Shown piece by piece: positions 23,773-32,402 of a DNA stretch of 64,000 bases. The stretch's first letter is position 1, and every line of letters starts with the position of its first letter. Under the pieces are notes generated by a model. It saw only the letters and a list, made by a program, of their open reading frames with translations. It was not told the origin of the DNA and ran no database searches. Location of the stretch: positions 1,184,001 to 1,248,000 of the forward strand of contig CAVSNY010000007.1 in the NCBI GenBank assembly GCA_963729605.1, in the 5' to 3' direction. The stretch comes from an uncultured Gammaproteobacteria bacterium. Lineage in GTDB: Bacteria > Pseudomonadota > Gammaproteobacteria > DRLM01. A program made the translations under genes and the position numbers.

Positions 23773-25797
23773 CTACGCAGGACCCTGTTTCCCGCCCGTG
23801 TCGCCGGCATTTTCCGCCGCCTGCGCGGGCGGCAGTAGAAACTCGCGGGGCCGCTGGCGGAGGCGCTCCAGATAGGCTTTGAGCACGCGATCGAGGGCGC
23901 CGATGCGCGCGCCCCGCGCCCGCAGCGCGACGTAGAGCGCGAGCGCGAAGCTCACCCACAGGTTCACCGTGCCGATCAGCAGCACGAACACGAAATAGGG
24001 CAGCAGCGCGAACACCTGGTCGAGCTGCGTGGCGGCCACGTAACCGAGATTGGCCGAGCCGAACGCCACATGCTGGATGTCGAGCGGCAGATGCAAGAGA
24101 TAGCCGAGATAGGCGGTGCCGCCCAGCAGGATGCCGAAGAAGAAGTTGCCGGCGAGCGCGCCGTAGTTGTGGCCGATGTATTCGGCGAAGCGATGGCGGG
24201 CCCGATCCGGCAGAATGCGCACGAGCACGGGATGGACGCGCAGCCGCGCCGGCAGATCGAGATAGGCGCAGCGGTTGTCGAAGAAGCCGGAGATCAGCCC
24301 CGCGACGAACAGCCACACGCCGGCGATGGCGGCGTGAAACAGCGCGAGCCCGGCGAAGGGGCTGAGCTTGTGGAGTTGGTAGTCGGCCCGCTCCGCATCC
24401 AGCACCGGTACGCCCAGCAGCTGGGCGTACAGCCAACCCACCAGCACGGCCACCGGCAGCGCGACGCCGACGTTGCCGAGCACGGCGACGAACTGCGAGC
24501 GGCCCACCAGTATCATCAGCTCGGCGAGCTTGGCCGGCTTCGCCATGCCCTTCTCGGTCTCCTCGATCGCGGCGGCGAGCCGCGCGGCGGTCATGGCCGG
24601 CTGCTTGGTCGCCACCGTGAAATGCAGGATGTGGATCAGCACGAAGCCGAGGCCGTAGTTGAGGCTCACCCACAGCGTCTTCCAGCCCGGGCTGAGCCCC
24701 ATGGCCTCGATGTGGATCTTGATCAGCGCCATGAAGGCGATGATGAAGCCGGCGCCGGCGCCGCTGCGCAGCATGTGCAGGTATTCGCTGCGGTCGGCGG
24801 TGATGTAATGTTCGCCGGTCACGCTGGCTTGTTCGGTGACGCTGCGCGACAGCAGCTTGACGTTGTCCTGCCACAGCGACCACAGGCCGTTGCGCTCGGC
24901 GTTGGCGAACACCAGCTCGCGGAACAACTGCATGATGGCCGCGCGCTGCGCGGTGAGGTCCGCCGGGTCCAGCATAGCGAGCAGGCCGGTGATGCGCGCG
25001 AGGGTCTGATCCAGGCGTTCCAGCAGATGGGTGAGCGAGATGCTGCTGCCGCGCATCACCGCGCGCTTGCGCAGGCGCTCGATCTGCGCGCGGCACTGCT
25101 CGAGCAGCACGCGGATATGCTTGTCGTCGTGGAACTCCGCGGTGTTGTCGGTGAGCCAAGTCCGATAGATTTCCACATAACGCGCCACCTCGCGCTGCAG
25201 CGCGACGAACGCGGAATGGTGGTCGGCGATATCCGGGTCGAGGCGCAGGAACTCCGGCTCGAGCTCCTCGGCGGCCACCCACACCGCCAGCATCTCGAGT
25301 GCATAGAGCGCCTCTGCGCGGGCATGCAGCGCCACCTGCGGCGACGCGCCGGTCAGCAAGCCCTCCAACAGCCGCCACCACGCGTCGTCGGGCAGCGCGA
25401 CGACCCAGCGCACATCGTCGCGGCGATGGAACACATAGGCCAGCAGGTCCTTGAGGTTGCCGCGGTCCAAAGGCCGCGGATTGATGCGTTCGTAAAGTCG
25501 CTCGCGAAACTCGCGCAAGAAACCGCGGCGCGAGAACAGGCCGATCTCGGTGTAGAGCGCAAGATGCCGCGCCGATCCCAGCTCCGTCTCCAGTCGCTCT
25601 GCGAGCCGTTGGCGCAGCGCCGGATGTGCGTCCAGCGCCATCACCAGCGTCTCGATCTTGGCGACCACCGCCGCGACGCCGCGTTCGGCCCGCGCCGGCC
25701 GCAGCCAGTCCACGATCAGCCGCAGGATATCGGCGAGATCGAGCGTGTCGTCGCCCTCCAGCCTCGCCAGCAGCGCTTGCTCGCTCGATGCGTTCAT
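23773..25797 (-). CDS. Gcr-like protein (family usually annotated site-specific recombinase), polytopic membrane C-terminus
   Basis: TGEHYIT, HFTVATKQPAMTA, GNFFFGILLG, PLDIQHVAF family motifs. Confidence 0.75.
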   Translation of the reverse strand: MNASSEQALLARLEGDDTLDLADILRLIVDWLRPARAERGVAAVVAKIETLVMALDAHPALRQRLAERLETELGSARHLALYTEIGLFSRRGFLREFRERLYERINPRPLDRGNLKDLLAYVFHRRDDVRWVVALPDDAWWRLLEGLLTGASPQVALHARAEALYALEMLAVWVAAEELEPEFLRLDPDIADHHSAFVALQREVARYVEIYRTWLTDNTAEFHDDKHIRVLLEQCRAQIERLRKRAVMRGSSISLTHLLERLDQTLARITGLLAMLDPADLTAQRAAIMQLFRELVFANAERNGLWSLWQDNVKLLSRSVTEQASVTGEHYITADRSEYLHMLRSGAGAGFIIAFMALIKIHIEAMGLSPGWKTLWVSLNYGLGFVLIHILHFTVATKQPAMTAARLAAAIEETEKGMAKPAKLAELMILVGRSQFVAVLGNVGVALPVAVLVGWLYAQLLGVPVLDAERADYQLHKLSPFAGLALFHAAIAGVWLFVAGLISGFFDNRCAYLDLPARLRVHPVLVRILPDRARHRFAEYIGHNYGALAGNFFFGILLGGTAYLGYLLHLPLDIQHVAFGSANLGYVAATQLDQVFALLPYFVFVLLIGTVNLWVSFALALYVALRARGARIGALDRVLKAYLERLRQRPREFLLPPAQAAENAGDTGGKQGPA

Positions 25798-25884
25798 GAG
25801 CGTGTCATCGTGTGGAAGGTCCGATCGTCAATCCATGGGGTATACGCGTTGGTTTCGATACGATACATCTGGTTAATGCGCGCA

Positions 25885-26051
25885 AGGCGATCGATCTGCT
25901 GAAGGCCTTCGTCAACATGGAAGACTTCCTGGCGAAAGACAACGGCCAGGAACAGCTGATCTGGAAGGTCGGCATCCACATGGTGCTGGTGCTCTCCGGC
26001 GTGTTGTTCGCGCTGATGGACCGCATGTCGGGAGAGAACAAGCACCACTGA
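25885..26051 (+). pseudogene. C-terminal fragment of a UPF0114/TIGR00645 (YqhA-like) membrane protein
   Basis: AIDLLKAFVN...LIWKVGIHMVLVLSGVLFALMDR matches the family C-terminus. There is no room for the N-terminus. Confidence 0.6.
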
Positions 26052-26079
26052 GCGGCGGCGTAGGCTGGCCGAGCGGCGC

Positions 26080-26364
26080 TCAATCGAAATCGAAGATCTC
26101 GCCGAGGAAGCCGCGCTTCTTCCGCTTGCCGTGATAGCCGTGATAATCGTCGTCGTAGTCACGCCGCTCGCGCGGACGTTCGGGCTGCTGCGGCGCCTGC
26201 TGTCGCGCGGGGCTCGGCGCAGCGTTCACGGTCGCGCGCTCGATCAGTTTGTCGAGCTCGCCGCGGTCCAGCCACACGCCGCGGCACTGCGGGCAATAGT
26301 CGACCTCGATACCTTGCCGGTCGGACATCGTCAACGTGACGTCTTTACATACAGGACACTGCAT
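26080..26364 (-). CDS. zf-TFIIB zinc-ribbon protein
   Basis: MQCPVC...DYCPQCRGVWLDRGELDKLI and a KKRGFLGEIFDFD tail. Confidence 0.9.
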   Translation of the reverse strand: MQCPVCKDVTLTMSDRQGIEVDYCPQCRGVWLDRGELDKLIERATVNAAPSPARQQAPQQPERPRERRDYDDDYHGYHGKRKKRGFLGEIFDFD

Positions 26365-26505
26365 ATTTCCACCTCGAAACATTGTGCGCCCGTTCGGGCG
26401 CGCTCGCGCAATCGATCATAGCACAGGCCTGCGTGGCCGCGGAGTCTTCGTTCGCCTGCGAGCGCCGCGTGGCTGCACTCCTAGCCTATCTTGCCAAAGC
26501 CATGC

Positions 26506-26535
26506 GGCGGAACGCCCTTTGGGCTTCCGCCTTAC
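26506..26535 (-). repeat. REP-like palindrome
   Basis: Minus strand GTAA-GGCGGAAGCCC-AAA-GGGCGTTCCGCC, the tetranucleotide plus hairpin layout of GTAG-type REPs. Confidence 0.5.
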
Positions 26536-26550
26536 CGCGCTCTCCCAAGG

Positions 26551-26575
26551 GATAAATAAATCTGTCCCGGTTTTT
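26551..26575 (+). repeat. Repeat copy 1, GATAAATAAATCTGTCCCGGTTTTT
   Basis: Identical over 25 of 25 nt to 28176-28200. Marks the left edge of the island. Confidence 0.9.
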
Positions 26576-26605
26576 TGTTGTTACCTATCTCCCCGACCGG
26601 TCATG

Positions 26606-26984
26606 TCACTTCTTGAGCTGCCGCGCCTCTTCAGGGACCTGAGTTATCGGAAGCAAAAGCGGCACCGAGAACTGAATCTTGTTGGTGGCCTGCTCTTTGT
26701 TTTCAGACTTGCCGCCAGCGCCGAGGTTAAACACGCTAGCTGCAACTCCGATTTTTGCGCTTGTGTTTGTACCTTCTTCCACTGTTAGTGCCACATCAAA
26801 GCTGACGATCCGCGCGAAGTTGTTTGTGCGGTTGTCCCAAGTGGCGTTCTCCCCGATTGAGGACGTGGTGCGCATTAGGCCGCCGGGATTCAAAGGCGCC
26901 GTGCTCAGCCGTTCGCTTCTGGGCTTCAACGACGCCCTCGACGATAGAAGCCAATGTTTCGGTTATGAACTGCTTAGGTTCCAT
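26606..26984 (-). pseudogene. Integron cassette gene, Trypco2-like small protein, frameshifted near 26893
   Basis: MEPKQFITETLASIVEGVVEAQ in one frame joins VSFDVALTVEEG..KIGV..LGAGGKSE..KIQFSVP in another. GAGGAGG RBS just after the attC. Confidence 0.6.
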
Positions 26985-27000
26985 GCAACCTCCTCAAGAA

Positions 27001-27060
27001 ACCCAACGCCAAGCTAAGAGGCGCGACGACAGGAGTGTCCGCTTGAGCGCCGTGTTAGCT
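27001..27060 (-). mobile_element. Integron attC site (59-base element)
   Basis: AGCTAAC-N5-GCT(C)AAG ... CTTAGC-N5-GTTGGGT with an extrahelical C. The upstream gene's TAA lies in the R'' box. Confidence 0.92.
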
Positions 27061-27828
27061 TACAATTTTTGCGATTTGCCACTGATTACCCTGAACGACA
27101 TAATTTGTTTTGCATTTGTTGCACTTTATCCGTAGACCCTGAGTCAACTCGCTTACCAAAATTGGTTTAATCGCTTTGCATTCCGGGCAACAGAAATCAA
27201 CAGCATTTAACGTAAAACACCATCCGCCATCTGGGTTTTCCGGAATATAAGTGGCATTACAATTGATATTAGGGCAGCATACTTCCTCAAGTTCGCTAAG
27301 GGCACTGGTACAGCATGTGATTTTTTCACCACACAAATTACAATCTATGGATACTGTTTTAGCAATGTTTGAGATTAGGGTTCCGCTTTCGACTCTTTCC
27401 AACTCAGAAATCACTGTATCCAAATATTCTCTACAAGCAGCATCCGCTTTCCTTGTTTCAATTTGTAAATGTAAAAAAGAACCAAGCGTATTGTAGTTTT
27501 TATTTATCCATGAGGAGGAAATTGCCTCATGGCGTCCAATTAAATTGAACTTTTTCGCTGGCTCTCCTGGTGATTCTTCTTCGCCAATACTTAATGTGTA
27601 TGATCTATCAGCATGAGGCTCAAGTTGGCAAAGTATTTTTATAGCTTTGTTTGGTTGCCACTTTTTAAATAAAAGCTTTGTCCCATACCGCTTAGAATAA
27701 AATTCCAATTTTTTATACACATGATACTCAATAGCCATACGAAGTTCTAAACAGGCATATATAACATCACTATCATTACCCGTAGATAATAATTTTTTGG
27801 CGTTCTTTAAATGTTCAGTGCGCATCAT
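27055..27828 (-). CDS. Integron cassette hypothetical protein, helical N-terminus plus several CxxC zinc ribbons
   Basis: AT-rich 257 aa ORF with CNLC, CPNINC, CPEC, CNKC. Bounded by GTTAGCT and the complementary AGCTAAC. Confidence 0.8.
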   Translation of the reverse strand: MMRTEHLKNAKKLLSTGNDSDVIYACLELRMAIEYHVYKKLEFYSKRYGTKLLFKKWQPNKAIKILCQLEPHADRSYTLSIGEEESPGEPAKKFNLIGRHEAISSSWINKNYNTLGSFLHLQIETRKADAACREYLDTVISELERVESGTLISNIAKTVSIDCNLCGEKITCCTSALSELEEVCCPNINCNATYIPENPDGGWCFTLNAVDFCCPECKAIKPILVSELTQGLRIKCNKCKTNYVVQGNQWQIAKIVS

Positions 27829-27835
27829 TGTATTA

Positions 27836-27870
27836 AGCTAACTTAAAGTAGACATCTTAATTGACGCCTT
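27836..27870 (-). mobile_element. Putative attI site
   Basis: GTTAGCT core at the first cassette start, no attC-type symmetry upstream, intI remnant divergent about 125 bp away. Confidence 0.6.
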
Positions 27871-27964
27871 ATAAGGCGTCATCACGTGTTCTAAATCTTT
27901 TCCCATGGTAAAAGTACCCTGTATTATCAGCAAGAAAATAAAATTTAGGGTGTTCTAATTAGAA

Positions 27965-28063
27965 ATGGCTAATACGGCATATCATTCACCCAAGCTGCTC
28001 GATTAGGTGCGGGCGAAGATTCGCCCCGAGCGCTACCGGTATTCGAAAAATTGGAGCACGGCG
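27965..28063 (+). pseudogene. intI: Integron integrase N-terminal remnant
   Basis: Translates MANTAYHSPKLLD*VRAKIRPERY, matching the IntI N-terminal pattern PKLLDQVR..IR..HYS with TAG in place of CAG at 28004. Cut off at the repeat at 28064. Confidence 0.7.
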
Positions 28064-28200
28064 AAAAATCGGGACAGATTTATTTTATTCTCTCGTCAAT
28101 CACAAACTACTACGCATTTGGCACAGCCTTCTTACTATTTCTTCCACCTTGTCTACGAAATATACTTTCCAAAGAGATAAATAAATCTGTCCCGGTTTTT
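28064..28200. mobile_element. 137-bp element bounded by inverted AAAAAyCGGGACAGATTTATTT repeats (copies 2 and 3)
   Basis: 28064-28085 and 28179-28200 are inverted repeats matching at 21 of 22 nt. Confidence 0.7.
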
Positions 28201-28207
28201 CGTACAT

Positions 28208-28270
28208 CCTCAACGTAAAGTTGAGGAGCGCGCCATTTTTGGCGCGCTCCTCTCGAACGTAATGTTATGT
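28208..28270 (-). mobile_element. Integron attC site
   Basis: ACATAAC-N5-GTT(C)GAG ... GAGCGCGCCA/TGGCGCGCTC ... CTCAAC-N5-GTTGAGG. The TIR gene stop lies in R''. Confidence 0.92.
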
Positions 28271-28996
28271 TCCAATTACCCCCTCCCTCTCTAGTACCCG
28301 CCTAATCTCTTCAAATACTGCCGAGATACGCCCTCTAGGAAATCTAATTTGAGACAAGCCAACGATATTCGTAAATTCTTGGCATCCTTCCTCAAGAAGT
28401 ATTATGGCTTTTCGTGGACCCAGCTTACCTTGAAATAGACCAACCTCATGAACCACGTTTTGTCGTGCATGGGTGGTGGTATCTGAATGCTGATCTTCGG
28501 CTGTCATGATAAGAAAAGCGAAACTAGCAGCATCCAACATATTCGAAATGCGCTCGAATGTGGCTATGCCAGCGACAGCCTCTCTATTAAACTCATCCCA
28601 TGGCAACGCTAAACGGTCAGTTAGGAAGTCTTTCAGTTCCCGCCAGATAGGTGACCGGCCATGCCCAATAAAAACACGAGAACCGAGATTTCTATTTACA
28701 AAAGCACAAACCCCAATTCTTTCAATTTCGGATACATAATCTTCTAATAGACGAGCTCGTTTCGTTAGCTCTTCGGTCGCATTTATATTGTCTGGTATCT
28801 GCTTTGGATAGAGTGAGATTGGCACCTCGTGGCTCACGCCGTAGATTTTTTTCAAGTGTGACCCTACTGCGCCACTCCACATCTTGAGTTGACCTATCTT
28901 TATGTCGCCCTTCGCTAACATGAGCTTTGCGCATTCTATAAAATGTCGCAATATAGTTAACAGTGCGGTTTCTTGTGGGCTTGATGATTCCACCAT
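28265..28996 (-). CDS. Cassette-encoded TIR-domain protein (CAP12/Pycsar-type TIR-like nucleotide-binding family)
   Basis: VFIGHGRS, AFLIMTAED, ARQNVVHEVGLFQGKLG with the conserved Glu. AT-rich, AAGGAG RBS. Confidence 0.85.
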   Translation of the reverse strand: MVESSSPQETALLTILRHFIECAKLMLAKGDIKIGQLKMWSGAVGSHLKKIYGVSHEVPISLYPKQIPDNINATEELTKRARLLEDYVSEIERIGVCAFVNRNLGSRVFIGHGRSPIWRELKDFLTDRLALPWDEFNREAVAGIATFERISNMLDAASFAFLIMTAEDQHSDTTTHARQNVVHEVGLFQGKLGPRKAIILLEEGCQEFTNIVGLSQIRFPRGRISAVFEEIRRVLEREGVIGT

Positions 28997-29134
28997 CACT
29001 CCTTATTGAAGAACATGTATTAGACACCCTAATTAGCGTCTTTCTTTACGCCAGTGTGGTGTGTAATTCCAGCATCGTCAATATGGCGCAAGGGTCTATA
29101 AGAAATGGCCAGTTTTTATGCGGCCCAGAAAGTA

Positions 29135-32089
29135 TTACACCGCCTCGTTGCCCGAGACCGTCCAAGTATCTTTGCGACAAACATAGCGCATCGCGCAATA
29201 ACCGCAGGTGCGATCGTCGCCCCAGGCCGGCAGCGGGGCGCCGGCGCTGATGTGGTCCAATAATGTAGCTAGCCGTTCGCCGTTGGCCGCCGCGAGGACG
29301 GCGAGGGCGTCGCCTTCGAGCGCGCCGTGGCTTTTGACCCGTTGGTCGAGGCCGAGATATTCGACGCGTTGCACGGGGTCGGGCATGAGCAGCGCGTAAA
29401 AAGGTAATTGCACGGCCTCGCCACTTTCCACGTCGGCGCTGCCAGCCATGATGCCGGTTTTGTAATCGATCAGCGCGACGCCGTCCGCATTGTGATCGAC
29501 GCGATCGAGACGCCCGGTGAGTGTCCAGCGGTCTTGATAACGTTGCTCGGTCTTCACTTCCACCGCGCCGACCCGCCATTCCCGTTGCCGTTCGATCTGC
29601 CAATCGACGTACTCGTCTATGCGCTCCAGCCAGCGTTGCAGCCAGCCGCGATGTACGAAGTTGTCTTCGAGGTCTTGCGCGAATACGGCGCGCGAGATTT
29701 CTTCGAGCGCGGCGACGGCCTCGCCGCGATTGGCGACGGTGAGCGGCGCGGCGTAAGGGCCGGGATAACCGGGCGCGCCGCCGTGAAAGGCCTGCAACGC
29801 TAAATGCACGCGTTCGCCGTAATCGGATTTTTCGAGGGCCTCGCGCACTACCTCCGGCGCACTGAGCCGCAGGCCGCGCGCGGCGAAGAATTGATAAGGA
29901 CAGTCCACCAGTTGTTGATAGGCACTGGCGGAGATTTTTTCCGGCAACATCTCCGCGGTCAGCGCCGGTGCGGGGCGGGTCTTCGGCGTGGGCAATTCGC
30001 GGGTGTCGGCGCGGAAGACTTGCGCCATCGGCTCGTCGACTAACGCGGCGAGTTGCGTGTCGGCGAGATCGTCGCCATAGGCCAGTTGATGAAAGCCGCT
30101 GATTATTTCCAGCCAGGGGCTGGGCAGGCGTTCTTCGCCGTTGTCTTCGCGCAGCAGCGTCAGCAATACCTGCGGCGCGCATTCGAGCAAGCGGCGGAAA
30201 TGATAAAACCGCTGGACGTAGCGTTCCCGCGAGGCGGGCAGGCCCAACTCGCGGCGCACCGCGTCGTTGAAAAACGGCGAGGGTTCGCCATTGCCGGGCA
30301 GGTGTTCGGCGTTGGCGCCGGCGATGATCAGCGCATCGCAGGTCGTCAACGCGCTTTGTTCCAGACTCAATAAAAATACCGCGGACGGCGCGGCGGGCGG
30401 CTGAAAGTTGTAGCGTTCCAAGGTGCGGCCCAGCCAGGTGCGGAAGTCGAGCCAGGTCATGGGCAGGGTGCGCCCGTGCAACGCGGCGCGCATCGCCGCC
30501 AGTTCTTGCAACACGCGCTCGCCGGCGGCGTCGCGCGAGAAGGCCTCCCGCATGCCCAGCGCTTGCAGGCTGGCTTCGAGCGCGTCGAGCAGACGGAGCG
30601 GCGCGTGGCGGTAGGGATCGCGCACGAAGGGCAGCAGCGGTTTGGCGGCGGCCTCCGCCTCGTTCAAGAGGTGTTCGACCGCGAAGCCCATGGCCTTGGA
30701 CAAGCGCGCGCGGCGGAAGGCGAGGTGGGTGCGATAACGTTGCAGGCCACGGCCGACGTTTTCGTGGATCACGATGTCCTGTTCGAAGCGATGCACCGCC
30801 GTCAGCCGCGCCGCGCGGTCTTGCCCGGGAAACACGAACGATGACTTGAGCAGATCGGTGAACGGTTGATAGGCGAAATCCTCTTCGAGGGTTTCTAGCC
30901 AGCGTTCGAGCGCCGCCGCCGCCGCGGTGGTGGAGAGGGCCCAGCCCGCGGCGTCGTGCAGGTTGACGTCGGCGCGTTCCAGCAAGGCGCGCAGCCGCCG
31001 CGCCAAGCGGCGGTCTTCGGTGACGATGCCGATGCGACGGCGGCCTTCCAGCAGCCAGCGCCGTATTTGAACGTCGATGGCGCGCGCCTCGTCCTCGGCG
31101 CCGCGCGCGCGGAATATTTTCAAGCGGTCCGCCGCGGGGCTGGCGGGAAACTCGCGGGCCCAGCGTTGCGCGCGCGCGGCCAGCAGTTGCTCATCGCCGG
31201 CGGGGGGCGCGAGTGCGCGCGGCGCGAATGCCGTATCGAGAAAACGGCTGAAGGGCGGCGCGGCGGACGGTTCGGCGGCGGCCGCGTTGGCGAAGAGCTT
31301 GCCGACCTGCGCGGGGTGGGGCAGATCATCGGCGCGGTTCGCGACAGGCGCGTGTTCGCCGTGGACGATGACGGTGAGTTCGCCGCGCTGCATCAAGGTG
31401 CGCGCCCACTGGTATTCCGCGGCGCTGAGCTGGCTATAACCCGCGAGGTAGAGCGTGTCGGATATGGGCTGTGCGAGGGAGCGGTCCAGCTGGGCGAGAT
31501 AGGCGGTCTCCGGATCGCCGCGATTTTCTTCGCGCAACTGGCGGTGCCAGGCCCGCCACAAAGTGTGAACGAGGCGCGCCTCGTCGCCGAGGGCGGCGGG
31601 CGATGTATTCAAACCGTAGGCCGTACGCAGACGGGTGAGAAAGGGGGTTATTTCGTCGGGCAATTCGACCCGGTGCAGGGTCAGCTCGGCGAATAAACGC
31701 GCGAGGTCGGCGGCCAGCCGCCAGGGATCGCCGTCGCCGAAGAGGGCGCGGTGCTGTTGCAGGCTTTCCACCAGCAGCAGTTCCCGCGCCTGCGGCGAGA
31801 GCGGGGCGGCGCCGCCGTGGCGGGCGGCCCATAGTCGCAGGCTGAGGATTTGCGGTCCCAGCAAGGCCTGCACGCCGTGGCGCGCGGCGGCGGCGAGCAG
31901 CCGGCGGCGCAGCCGCGCCGCGGCCTGGGGGTCGGGGAGCAGCACCGCGCACCGGCTGAGATCGGGCAGGGCGCGGCGCTGGCGGGTGATGATGAGGTCG
32001 GCGAGGTACGCGAGGGGATCCTGGTGATAGGGAACCAGGATCGGGACGGTCCCGTCGGGGGAGGGCCGGGCGGGTTCCTCAGCGCTCAA
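29135..32089 (-). CDS. addB: AddB-like PD-(D/E)XK nuclease subunit
   Basis: [33 protein letters not shown] iron-staple cysteines. Confidence 0.85.
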   Translation of the reverse strand: MSAEEPARPSPDGTVPILVPYHQDPLAYLADLIITRQRRALPDLSRCAVLLPDPQAAARLRRRLLAAAARHGVQALLGPQILSLRLWAARHGGAAPLSPQARELLLVESLQQHRALFGDGDPWRLAADLARLFAELTLHRVELPDEITPFLTRLRTAYGLNTSPAALGDEARLVHTLWRAWHRQLREENRGDPETAYLAQLDRSLAQPISDTLYLAGYSQLSAAEYQWARTLMQRGELTVIVHGEHAPVANRADDLPHPAQVGKLFANAAAAEPSAAPPFSRFLDTAFAPRALAPPAGDEQLLAARAQRWAREFPASPAADRLKIFRARGAEDEARAIDVQIRRWLLEGRRRIGIVTEDRRLARRLRALLERADVNLHDAAGWALSTTAAAAALERWLETLEEDFAYQPFTDLLKSSFVFPGQDRAARLTAVHRFEQDIVIHENVGRGLQRYRTHLAFRRARLSKAMGFAVEHLLNEAEAAAKPLLPFVRDPYRHAPLRLLDALEASLQALGMREAFSRDAAGERVLQELAAMRAALHGRTLPMTWLDFRTWLGRTLERYNFQPPAAPSAVFLLSLEQSALTTCDALIIAGANAEHLPGNGEPSPFFNDAVRRELGLPASRERYVQRFYHFRRLLECAPQVLLTLLREDNGEERLPSPWLEIISGFHQLAYGDDLADTQLAALVDEPMAQVFRADTRELPTPKTRPAPALTAEMLPEKISASAYQQLVDCPYQFFAARGLRLSAPEVVREALEKSDYGERVHLALQAFHGGAPGYPGPYAAPLTVANRGEAVAALEEISRAVFAQDLEDNFVHRGWLQRWLERIDEYVDWQIERQREWRVGAVEVKTEQRYQDRWTLTGRLDRVDHNADGVALIDYKTGIMAGSADVESGEAVQLPFYALLMPDPVQRVEYLGLDQRVKSHGALEGDALAVLAAANGERLATLLDHISAGAPLPAWGDDRTCGYCAMRYVCRKDTWTVSGNEAV

Positions 32090-32402
32090 GATAGTCGATT
32101 TTGCCCTTCACGCCTTTCCACTCGTCGGCGTCGTCCGGGGCGTCTTTTTTCTCGGTGATCACCGGCCACTCTTTGGCGAGTTCGGCATTGAGGGCGATGT
32201 AATCGAGCTGGTCCGCAGGCACGTCGTCCTCGGCGAAGATCGCCTCCGCCGGGCATTCCGGCTCGCAGAGGGTGCAGTCGATGCACTCGTCGGGATCGAT
32301 CACCAGGAAATTGGGGCCTTCGTGGAAGCAGTCCACCGGGCACACTTCCACGCAATCGGTGTATTTACATTTAACGCAGTTATCGACAACGACAAAAGTC
32401 AT
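32079..32402 (-). CDS. fdxA: 7Fe ferredoxin
   Basis: [17 protein letters not shown]...[12 protein letters not shown]. Confidence 0.97.
   Translation of the reverse strand: MTFVVVDNCVKCKYTDCVEVCPVDCFHEGPNFLVIDPDECIDCTLCEPECPAEAIFAEDDVPADQLDYIALNAELAKEWPVITEKKDAPDDADEWKGVKGKIDYLER

Noticed and set aside
27836-27895. Third attC around the TGACGCCTT/AAGGCGTCA hairpin
   Set aside because: The arms between the hairpin and the AAC/GTT ends are very unequal (about 19 versus 6 nt) and there are no L boxes. It fits attI better.
26551-28200. CRISPR array from the 25-bp repeats
   Set aside because: Only three copies, one inverted, with spacings of 1.5 kb and 0.1 kb, and no cas genes.
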